Below are positions 30,421-40,612 of a stretch of DNA of 64,000 bases, one piece after another. This stretch comes from the human T2T-CHM13v2.0 reference genome, Homo sapiens. Within the stretch, counting starts at the first letter, position 1. Each line of letters starts with the position of its first letter. The stretch lies in assembly GCA_009914755.4 (NCBI GenBank), contig CP086569.2:16448001-16512000 (forward strand), in the 5' to 3' direction. Below the pieces are notes generated by a model. It was not told the DNA's origin, did not search any database, and saw only the letters and a list, made by a program, of their open reading frames with translations. The position numbers were made by a program, and so were the translations under genes.

Positions 30421-31325
30421 CTGACAAAGGGCTAATATCCAGAATCTACAGTGAACTCAAAGAAATTTACAAGAAAGAAACAAACAACCCCATCAAAAAG
30501 TGGCCGAAGGATATGAACAGACGCTTCTCAAAAAAAAAGACATTTATGCAGCCAAAAAACACATGAAAAAATGCTCATCACCACTGGCCATCAGAAATGC
30601 AAATCAAAACCACAATGAGATACCATCTCACACCAGTTTGAATGGCAATCATTAAAAAAATCAGGAAACAACAGGTGCTGGAGAGGATGTGGAGAAATAG
30701 GAACACTTTTACACTATTGGTGGGGCTGTAAACTAGTTCAACCATTGTGGAAGTCAGTGTGGCAATTCTTCAGGGATCTAGAACTAGAAATACCATTTGA
30801 CCCAGCCATCCCATTACTGGGTATATACCCAAAGGATTATAAATCATTCTGCTATAAAGACACATGCACATGTATGTTTATTGTGGCACTATTCACAATA
30901 GCAAAGACTTGGAACCAACCCAAATGTTCAACAATGATAGACTGGATTAATAAAATGTGTCACATACCCACCATGGAATACTATGCAGCTATAAAAAATG
31001 ATGAGTTCATGTCCTTTTTAGGGATATGGATGAAACTGGAAACCATCATTCTCAGCAAACTATCCCAAGGACAAAAAACCAAACACTGCATGTTCTCACT
31101 CATAGGTGGGAACTGAACAATGAGAACACATGGACACAGGAAGGGGAACATCACTCACCGGGGCCTGTTTTGGGGTGGGGGAGGAGGGAGGGATAGCATT
31201 AGGAGTTATAGCTAATGTTAAATGACTAGTGCAGCACACCAACATGCCACATGTATACGTATGTAACAAACCTGCACATTGTGCACATGTACCCTAAATC
31301 TTAAAGTATAATAACAACAAAAAAG
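30421..31325 (+). mobile_element. L1 3' segment (ORF2 C-terminus, 3' UTR and A-rich tail) of the same twin-primed insertion.
   Basis: ctgacaaagggctaatatccagaatctac...ccatggaatactatgcagctataaaaaatgatgagttcatgtcc...gggatagcattaggag...cacatgtaccctaaatcttaaagtataataacaacaaaaaag. The flanking 16-bp TSD is aagaag[g/t]gtacatata at 29053-29068 and 31326-31341. Confidence 0.9.
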
Positions 31326-31970
31326 AAGAAGTGTACATATAAAAGGCTGTGGAGACTCAGGGCAGGGAGAAGTGACCCCTGACTGACAATCCCAGAGAGG
31401 CTTCATGGGGCAGAGAAGGAAAGACATCACATTTTGCAAAGATAGTTTGGTAGGGCTCAGACACACAAGAGGTATGGGTCAGAAAGTGAGCCTTGAGGGT
31501 CTTTAATGATGGCTGGGAACCCATGTTTTATCATACAACCCCACAAGTATGTCAGGAATTATTTTTTTTAAAGAAATGTATTGGATATATTAGAAAAAAT
31601 GTTTTGCTTGAATGTTGGAGATACCATCAATATGTGACACTATTAATGTCTCAGTCACTGTTCCACCACTGCTCTATTGCAAAATATTATCCTTTTATCA
31701 AACATAGTTCAAATTAAATTTACAGTTAAACATTGTTAAAATACAATGCCCTAAAAATAAGGTGGGGTTTCCTTCTAGTTATGGGAAGTAGGCTTCTGAG
31801 TGTCAAGACATCTTGTTCTCTAAAGCTGCAAACTCAAACACACACCTATGGTTTATGCAGACACAGAGAAATCACGGGATTTAACACCTGTTCAAAATAG
31901 CTTCCTTTTCTGAGTAATCACAACTTCTACTCTCCATCAAAACCCCTCAAAGATTCTTTTCTATTGGAAC

Positions 31971-32030
31971 TTTTTTTTTTCCTTTTGAGAAACTCTTGCT
32001 CTGTTTCCCAGGCTGGAGTGCAGTGCAGTG
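31971..32030 (-). mobile_element. Short Alu fragment.
   Basis: ttttgagaaactcttgctctgtttcccaggctggagtgcagtgcagtgacctc. Confidence 0.6.
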
Positions 32031-32136
32031 ACCTCTACATTTGAACCTACTGATTCCACTGCATTCCTAACTCAAATCTGTTTCCCTACTGAAATCTACA
32101 GGATTCATCAAATGACAGATTGGATAAAGAAAACGT

Positions 32137-32467
32137 GGTGCATGCATGCAGTGGCTCATGCCTGTAATCCCAACACTTTGGGAGGCCAAGGCAGGTGGAT
32201 AGCGAGGTCAGGAGATGGAGACCATCCTGGCCAACACTGTGAAACCCCATCTCTACTAAAAAAAAATAGAAAAAAAATTAGCCTGGCATGGTGGTTGGTG
32301 CCTGTAGTCCCAGCTACTCGAGAGGTTGAAGCAGGAGAATGGCATGAACCCGGGAGGCAGAGCTTGTAATAGCCGAGGTCGGGCCACTGCACTCCAACCT
32401 GGGCGACAGAGGGAGACCCTGTCTCAAAGAAAAAAGAAAAAGAAAGAAAGAAAAAGAAAAAAAGAAA
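32137..32467 (+). mobile_element. Alu inserted into an older L1 3' end. It is flanked by TSD aaaa[c/t]gtggt, and its tail has expanded into a (GAAA)-like run.
   Basis: gcagtggctcatgcctgtaatcccaacactttgggaggccaaggcaggtggatagcgaggtcaggag...cctgggcgacagagggagaccctgtctcaaagaaaaaagaaaaagaaag. Confidence 0.9.
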
Positions 32468-32470
32468 ATG

Positions 32471-32870
32471 TGGTATATATACAACATGGAATACTATGCA
32501 GCCATAAAAAGAATGAGATAATGTCTTTTGTAACTTGGATGGAGCTGGAGGATATTATTCTTAGCAAACTAATGCAGGGAAAAAAAACCAAATACCACAT
32601 GTTCTCACTTATAATGGGAACTAAATGATGAGAACTTATGAACTTGTAAAAGGAAACAACAGAGACTGGGATCTGTTTGAGCGGGGAGGGTGCGAGGAGG
32701 TTAAGGAGCATAAAAGATCACTGTTGAGGACTAGGCTTAATACCTGGGTGATTAAATAATTTGTACACCAAACCCCCATGACATGAGTTTACCTATGTAA
32801 CAAACTAACCTTCGCATGAATCCCCAAATCTAAAATAAAAGTTAAACATAAATAAAATTAAATATACCAG
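32471..32870 (+). mobile_element. L1 3'-end fragment (L1PA/L1PB-like). It continues from 32095-32136 on the far side of the Alu.
   Basis: tggtatatatacaacatggaatactatgcagccataaaaagaatgagataatgtcttttgtaacttggatggagctggagg...aaccaaataccacatgttctcacttataatgggaactaaatgatgagaac...tacctgggtgattaaataatttgtacaccaaacccccatgacatgagtttacctatgtaacaaact. Confidence 0.85.
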
Positions 32871-34849
32871 ACTTCCTGTTAAAAAAAAACAAATCTATGG
32901 GCTAATTTGATAGAATAGCTAGGATTAAATCATCCTTCTATTAAATTCAACATGTTATTCCTTTTAATAAGAGGGGCATTACATGTCTGCTGCAGTCTAT
33001 GTTTAAAAACAATTATTTAATATTACAGGGGTAACTGAGTAATAACAGGACAGTTTCATTTTTTATTAAGGAAATGAGTTTGCAGTATGATTATTCTGTT
33101 TAGATTTGGTTATTGGTAAATTTTGTCTTTGCCAAAATGTTCTAGCATAAAGTGAAATTGGGAAATAGAAGTAGGGTCAAATGTGTATTTTGGATATAAT
33201 TCTAGTCAAAGTTTAGAAATCTTGGCAGTAAGTCCTTTATAGAGTACTTCCTAAAATATTTCCCTCTGAGACCTTTCTAAAATAAATTTTCTTCTATTGT
33301 CCACATGCTTTGAATGATTGTGTCAACCTAATAAAACCAATTTTCTAAGGAATAATTTATCTTCCCATTTAATAATTAAGAAATCATTGTCTCCATTAGG
33401 GCTTCCAGTTAATTTGACAGTGTTCCATACCATGTGATTATGATTTTCATAGACAGCAAGATAAATAAGTAAACCACAGAACAACTCATACCCTGTGACC
33501 CTTTGTAGCTGTTAAATGTAAAATTTTCCATCAGAGCTGTAGACATTTGAAAATGTTCACGTTGCTTCTTTGGGATCTCAGGAGTAGAAACCATTGCTTT
33601 AAACTCACAGAGGATTTAAGATTTTGACGCAATCCTGAACTCTTTCTGGAAAACTTGCATTATGGCTCAAGCATGTTCCCGCACCCTGGATAGGTATTGG
33701 ATATACTTGGATCAGCCTGGTGGGTGAGTCTTGAGAGGATACTTCATTTTGCACTTGTATCTGTGTCAAGGCAGTGGAACAGAAAGGAGTTCAAGTCAAA
33801 AGTCCTGTGAATTGCAGTGTCTTATTGAAGGAACAAGTTGTACCATACCCAGCTTCACTTGTTTAAATCAGAGTTATAAGCCTTTGAGACTCTCTTTGCA
33901 TAGAGAAGTGGAAACATATTCATGGAATTTCCTTCTCAACCTTCACAGCAGCTCCTTCTCACCTGATCCACCTCTTGATATCAATGTTGGACATCTCTGG
34001 GACTCTGTCCTGTGGCCCCTGTCCTCCATCCTCCTTTATCTTCACACTTGCCCTATCTGATGTCATCTAAATCCAGGACCTCATATGACATCCAACTGCA
34101 GGGCATCCCACATACTGAGCTGGGAACCTACTGTGAAGGTCCATGTTGCCATGTCCAGCTGCCCACTTGCCACACAGCATGGAAGCTCAGGAAACATGTC
34201 ATATCAAACAGATACAAGCTAGACCTCAGATGCAAACTAGCCCAAGCCCACACATCCCCAGATTTGCATGATCTTACTGAATGTTTTATGCAGTGACTGA
34301 ACCTCAGTGCTGTGATGTTTGCTGGTTGATTGTCTTGTTTTATTTTGCCTTTCTTTAAATCCTATGTATCCCATCCTTTGGAATCACATTTATTTTCTAA
34401 GTTTATCTGACATTGGTCCTCTTTTTTCAGCTGTATCAATTTTCCATCTTGTCCAGACCACTGTGCTCTGCCCTATGGACTTCTCCAATGTGCTTCCTGG
34501 TGGTCTCCCTAATTCTTTGTTCTCACACTCCATTCTCTACCCAGACACTGGAGTGAGCTTTCATAAACATAATGTACTCTGTTGAATTTCTGAGGACTGA
34601 CATAACTGTTAGTACCACAAACTGGGTGGCTTAAAAGCAGTAGAAATTTTTTCTCTCTCAGTTCTGGGGGCCAGGAGTCTGAAAGTAAGGTGCTGGAAGT
34701 GCTGGGCTCCCTATGAAATCTCTAGGGGAGAATCCTTTGTTGTTTCACCATTAATTCTTAACTTTCCTTGACTTGCAGATATATCACTCCAACTTCTGCC
34801 TCTATTTTCACATGGCTATCTTCCTTTCTTCGAACACTCAAATATCTAC

Positions 34850-35150
34850 CAGGCATGGTGGCTTAGACCTGTAATCCCAGCACTTTGAGAGGCTGAGGTG
34901 GGTGGGTCACTTGAGCTCAGGAGTTGGAGATCAACCTGGGCAACATCGTAAGTCCTTGTCTCTACAGAAAATATGTAAAAATTAGCTGGCTGTTGTGTTG
35001 AACACCTATAGTCCCAGCTACTGGAGAGGCTGAGGTAGGAAGATCACCTAATCCCAGGAGTTGCAATCTGCAGTGAGCTATGATTACTCCACTGCACTCC
35101 AGGCTCATCAAAACAGTGAGAACCCTCTTTCTACAGAAAAAAAATAATAA
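34850..35150 (+). mobile_element. Alu.
   Basis: caggcatggtggcttagacctgtaatcccagcactttgagaggctgaggtgggtgggtcacttgagctcagg...ctgcagtgagctatgattactccactgcactccaggc. Confidence 0.9.
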
Positions 35151-35159
35151 TAATACATT

Positions 35160-35330
35160 AACCAGATGTGGTGATATACATCTGTAGTTCTAGCTAGTTG
35201 AGAGGCTTAGGTAGGAGAATTGCAATTCTGCGGTGAGCTATGATTGCATCACTGCACTGAACAATAGAGCGAGATCCTGTCCCCAACAAACAACAAACAG
35301 AGAAAAAACAAACAACAACAAAAAAAACCT
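35160..35330 (+). mobile_element. Alu right-arm monomer (FRAM-like) directly following the preceding Alu.
   Basis: accagatgtggtgatatacatctgtagttctagctagttgagaggcttaggtaggagaattgcaattctgcggtgagctatgattgcatcactgcactg..., A-rich tail. Confidence 0.75.
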
Positions 35331-35768
35331 CACTCCAATTTCTTCCCATACACTCAAAATACAATGTGAAGTCTGCTACCCCAACTGTACAGTTTTCTCC
35401 TCCTCTCTTCATGTTTTTGTCTGGGGCCCCCAACCCATTAATCTTGTTCTCACTTTAGGGTCTTTGTGTTGACAGTTTCTTCTGTTAGAAACTCATACTC
35501 ACATCTCATCTCTGGATGGATTTTCTCTTTCACTCATATGTTGCCTTTGTAAGGTCTCCCTGGACCACCAAATCAAAAGTCCTTGGCCTCTCCCACCACT
35601 CTATTCTAATTGCTTGCCTATCTGATATCTTACCTGTTTATTATTTTATTTGCTCATAGTTCTTCTCCTGTGGAAGCTGAGATCTGGGCTGCCTCATTCA
35701 CCACTGTGTCCTAGTGCCTTGAATACCCATGGAGTAAGCATTCAATAAGAATCTACTGAATGAATAGG

Positions 35769-36132
35769 GTTATAGTTTGGCTGCGTCCCCACCAAAATCT
35801 CACCTTGAATTATGGATCCCATAATCCCCACATGTTCTGGGAGGGACCCAGTGGGACGTAATTGAATCATGGGGGTGGGTCTTTCCAGCATTGTTCTCGT
35901 GATAGAAAATAAGTCTCATGAGATCTATTGGTTTTATAAGGGGCAGTTCCCCTGCATGTGCTCTCTTTCTTGCTGCCGTATAACACTTGTCTTTGTTCCC
36001 CCTTCAACTTCCACCATGATCATTAGCCCCTCTGCCATGTGGAACTGTGAATCCATTAGAACTCTTTTTCTTTATAAATTACCCACTCTTGGGTATTTAT
36101 TCATAACAGTATGAAAATGGACTGATATAAAC
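35769..36132 (+). mobile_element. Solo LTR of the ERVL-MaLR THE1/MST family.
   Basis: ggttatagtttggctgcgtccccaccaaaatctcaccttgaattatggatcccataatccccacatgttctgggagggacccagtgggacgtaattgaatcatggggg...ccatgtggaactgtgaatccattag...ctttataaattacccactcttgggtat... closely follows the THE1 LTR consensus. Confidence 0.8.
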
Positions 36133-38459
36133 AGTGAACCCTTCTCAGATTTCTCTTTCTCTGTCTCCTTCTCTCCTTGAGTATTTCCTCTCTTTTTCCT
36201 AAAATACTATCCTTTAGATGGGATCAGAATAACTTCCTTAAGATTTCCTTTTTGCTGAGTTTAGAGTTGTTTGCCTTTGCCTTATTGTAAAATATTTCCT
36301 GTATTCTCAGAAAAGAACAGTTAAAATTCTATCTCTGGCTTCATTTCCATCCCTCTCCCAAATCAAGGTCACTCTGAAGAAGGCTCTTCCTCCCTCTCTT
36401 TTTCTCTGCCTACAGACAAGTAATAAATGTCAGTGGAATGGATAGATGAACTCTATAGATGTCTTCTGCAGAAGTGTGGGGTGGGGGATCACATTTTTCA
36501 GAATGTTCAAGAATGCAGACTTTTTTTCCATGTGCAGAGAAATGCTTTTAAAATTCCCTGATGGCTGCGTGGAAGGAACTGCTCTTTGTGCATGTTTTTA
36601 CTTTAAACAAAAATTCCAAACACATGGCTTGGGTCCATATTGCTTATGGGTTGCTTCTTACAGTCACTGCTTTTGGCATCTCTTTCCCTCATGCAATAAC
36701 ACATCTTTCAGAGAGCAATTGATACTTTCATTATGAAAAAAAAATAGTAGTGACTGGCTCTAGTAGATTATTACAAGGTAGTTATGTTCAAATGATGTTG
36801 GCAAACATTGTCATTGGCTTCCCAAGAGTAGGCAAAGCTGCCGCTTCATGATAGTATCAGTATTTAGTCCTCCAGCAGGTATTCACAGCTTTTCACCTTT
36901 GAAAGAAGATCACATCAGTCTCATTTATCTGTGCATGCATTCAGTTGAATTTGACAGACATGCAATTATATATTGATTCTATAGAACATACCATGCATAT
37001 GCCTAGTTGCTGGGCTATATAGGATAATTTTGAAGGATTCTTTGAACTGATATCAACAGGTCATTTTTCCTTATTTTTGCCCTCATAATAATTGAGTAAT
37101 ATGTGGTAGAACCTAAAAAATCTCATTACATTACTCATCTGCAATTCATACGTTTTAGTCTCTGGCATGAATAAATCAAGGAACGTGAAAATGTAGCATC
37201 TTGGGTGAGAAAACATTTCGCATGAATTATCACATGCTTCAATGTGGTTTGCCTCAATTCAGAGAATCAGTGTTATTTCCAGGTAAGGAGATTCAAGGAG
37301 AAAAAATGAAAAACAGAATATTACATGAACCTCTGCCTAGATCAAGCATAAGAATGACTAGCATATGCTCTTGCCATTAACAGTTATTTGACCTGCTGTG
37401 TGGTAACATTCAGAAGGACAAAAATAGAAGCCTTGTTTGCAAGCAGCTGTTTCTGTCAAGTCTTGGAGTACATTGTAAGAGAATCCTCTCTATGCTTGCC
37501 TGGAGAGATTGAGTAACTCAGCCATCATCCTTCTATTATGGGAACACAACCACAACATGCCATCAAGATATTTAAAGTGTGAATTGGACAATTACTGTAA
37601 CAAATTTTAAACTTAAACCAGACCAAGACTTTTTCTCTGCTCATAAATTTTCAGGAAAAATAATTCATACTCCTTCACCTGTTTTTCTTTTTCTTTCCCC
37701 CATATTCCATTCTCCAACTTTCCTAAGTTTATTTCTACTTTGAAACCCAAATCAAAATCTATTTTGATTTTGGGCAGATTTTTACCTGGGCAGATTTTCC
37801 CAGGTAAAAGACATTTTCTGTTGGCACTCAATCAATTACCTGTGGATGTATCTTTTTGGGTTTTCTTTTTTGTGTGTGTGTGACAAGGTCTCACTTTTTC
37901 ACTATATATAGATATAGATATACAGATATAGGGGGAACTTCTTCCCTTATATATTGCCCCCAAGTGGGCAATTTGTGTATATCAAACCATTAATGAAACT
38001 ACTCCTTTTTCTTATATAGGAATCACTTGTTTTGTTGTTAAATTTAAAGTGAAAATGGTGTGAGTTTGATCAAGTAGAAGGATAAGCAGGTGAAAATTCT
38101 ATGAGTTTGATGGGTCAGAGGAAAAGAAGACTATAATTCACACATTATGATTTCTCACAAAGCTCTGCTTTCAACTGCCTGAATGAACGATGGCAAAGTA
38201 ATTAAACTTCTCATTTGTTGGTTGTGATCTCTGTGAAGCAGGAATCACAATGTCTCTCAGAGAATTACCTTCAGGTGATATTGAAAAGATAAAATAGGGG
38301 AAGAGTTTTAGCTTTCATAGGAGGCCATTACAGTATCTAGAACACATGATGTGAACTTCCATGATAATCTTCCCTAAGTGTCTGTACATATGGAACATAT
38401 GAATGTCTGCAAAAGGCAGAGCCTGCCAGCAAGAGAAATTCCATCTACAGTCTTCAGTT

Positions 38460-38950
38460 GTAAGAAATAATGTTTTAACTATTCACAATAGCAAGGACAT
38501 GGAGTTAACCAAAATACCCATTGACAGTGGACTGGATTAAAAGAAATGTGATACATACACACCAAGCAGTCATATAAAAGAAAGAGATCCTGTCCTTTGC
38601 AGCAAGATGGATGGAGCTGGAGGCCATTATATTAAAATAATTAATGCAAGATCCTAAAACCAAATACTGCATGCTGTCACTTATAAGGGGAAGCTAAATT
38701 TTAAGTACGCATGGACACAAGGAAGGAAACAACAGACCTTGGGGCCTACTTGAGAGTGGAGGGTGGGAGGAGGGAGAGGATTGAAAAACTACATATCAGG
38801 TACTATGCTGATTACCTGTGTGATGAAATAATCTGCACACCAAACTCCCAAGACAAGCAGATTACCTATATAAAAACCCTGCACTTGTACCCCTGAACCT
38901 AAAATAAATAAAAACAAATACATAAACAAATACATACATAGATAAATAAT
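38460..38950 (+). mobile_element. L1 3'-end fragment (ORF2 C-terminus plus 3' UTR, L1PA/PB-like).
   Basis: ttcacaatagcaaggacatggagttaaccaaaatacccattgacagtggactggattaaaagaaatgtgatacatacacacc...ccaaatactgcatgctgtcacttataaggggaagctaaattt...cacaaggaaggaaacaacagaccttggggcctacttgagagtggagggtgggagg... Confidence 0.85.
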
Positions 38951-40157
38951 GTAACATCTGAAAAACACACTGGAGCAGAATACAATAACAGGAGGCATTC
39001 CTGTAAAGATTAAAAAGAGAGAGAGAGAGATGAGCTTTTAACAATGGAGATTTGCTTCAGGATCCCTGAAACCTCTGTCTCTAGTAATTTACCTCCTAAA
39101 TTGACTTATTTCCACTGTGGCACTTATTTCCACTGTGACTCACACATGATACCCCTGTGAGGAATGAGTGTTTTTCCATTGGCTCCATTCTCACTTATCT
39201 CACACCAATTGTTTAAAACAGTCTCTTTCTTAGAGTAGCTGAACTTCAACTCCATTCCCTTTGGCCCCAGGCTAACTTCCTGATGGCTACTTCTATGCCA
39301 CTTAGCTCTATGCTCTGTTTGTTATAAAAGGTGAGGAAGCAGTGTTTATTCCCCAGCCATGGGTCACCTGCCCAGCTTGAGTGACTTCAGCCCTGGCCTG
39401 TCTGAGCCCTATACTGGAGCACTTGGTCTCTATCCCTCAACGGGAGGTGTTGGTCATATAAGGGCCACAGGAAAACTGCCTATCTTGCAGGTGGTAGGCT
39501 CAGTGCTTGTGATAATCGTTCCACATAATACTCACATGGAAACACTGTGGGAATGTGAGACACAGAAAGCTGAAGCTATTTTCTCAAGGGAACAGGGCTG
39601 ATGTGCCTGTTTCCTATGTCTGTTGTAATAGTTGACCATGAATTTAGTGGCTCAAAAAATGATTAAAAAAAAAAAAATTAGATTCAGAGAGTACGTGTGC
39701 GGGTGTGTTACATGAGTATATTAAGTGATGCTGAGGTCTAGAGTTCTAATGATACTGTCATCCAAGTAGTGAACATAGCACCTGATAGTTTTTCACTCCT
39801 TGACCACCTCCCACTTTCCCCCGAGTAGTTCCCAGTGTCTGTTGTTGCCATCTTTATGTTTATGAGTACCAAATGTTTAGCTCCCACTTATGAGAAAGAA
39901 CATGCAGCGTTTGATTTTCTGCTCCTCTTTGGGGGCTATTTTGAAATATGTCAGCGAAATGTATTTTGGGGTAAAGAACTTCAATTTCTGTCAGGACTTG
40001 CTATCTGTCACATTGGTATCTTACTGCTACAAAGAGTCTGTTTGGTCCCAGAGATCCCTAAGAATCTCTGGATCACACTTTGAGACTAGCCAGTGCTATG
40101 CTAAGAGTAGAGATTCTAGACCCCCAAAGCTTGAATTAATATACATATATATTTTCT

Positions 40158-40612
40158 TTTAGATGGGGATCTCATTCTGTCACCTAGGCTGGAGTGCAAT
40201 GGTGCGATCTCGGCTCACTGAAACCTCCAACTCCCAAGCTCAGATGATCCTCCCACCCCAACATCTTGATTAGTTGGGACCATATGTATGCATCACCATG
40301 CCCAGCTAATTTTTTTAGGAGGTTTTCTGGTGGTTTTTTTTTTTTTTTAAATTACACTTTAAGTTCTGGGACACATGCAGAACATGCAGGTTTGTTACAT
40401 AGGTATGTACATGCCATGGTTGCTTGTTGCTCCCATCAACAAATCATCAGGACATAGGCATGGCCAAAGACTTCATGACTAAAACACCAAAGCAATGGCA
40501 ACAAACACTAATTTTTTGTTTTGGGTAGAGACTGGGTTTCTGAGATCAAGCATTTCTCCTGACTCAGCCTCCCAAAGTCCTGGGATTACAGGCATGAACC
40601 ACCACACCCAGT
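40158..40612 (-). mobile_element. Alu split by a ~190-bp L1-derived insert at 40313-40502. The insert has a poly(T), an antisense L1 3'-end piece, then a sense ORF2 piece.
   Basis: Alu right arm in antisense at 40158-40312 ends ...catgcccagctaattttt. The Alu resumes at 40503 with ctaattttttgttttgggtagagactgggtttc...cctgggattacaggcatgaaccaccacacccag. The insert contains ttacactttaagttctgggacacatgcagaacatgcaggtttgttacatagg... and ...ggcatggccaaagacttcatgactaaaacaccaaagcaatggc. Confidence 0.75.

Noticed and set aside
37470-37578. Calling this region a definite STS exon-7 homologue in the feature table.
   Set aside because: The similarity is limited to a few residues across two frames and depends on my back-translation guesses. 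It is kept only as a low-confidence finding.
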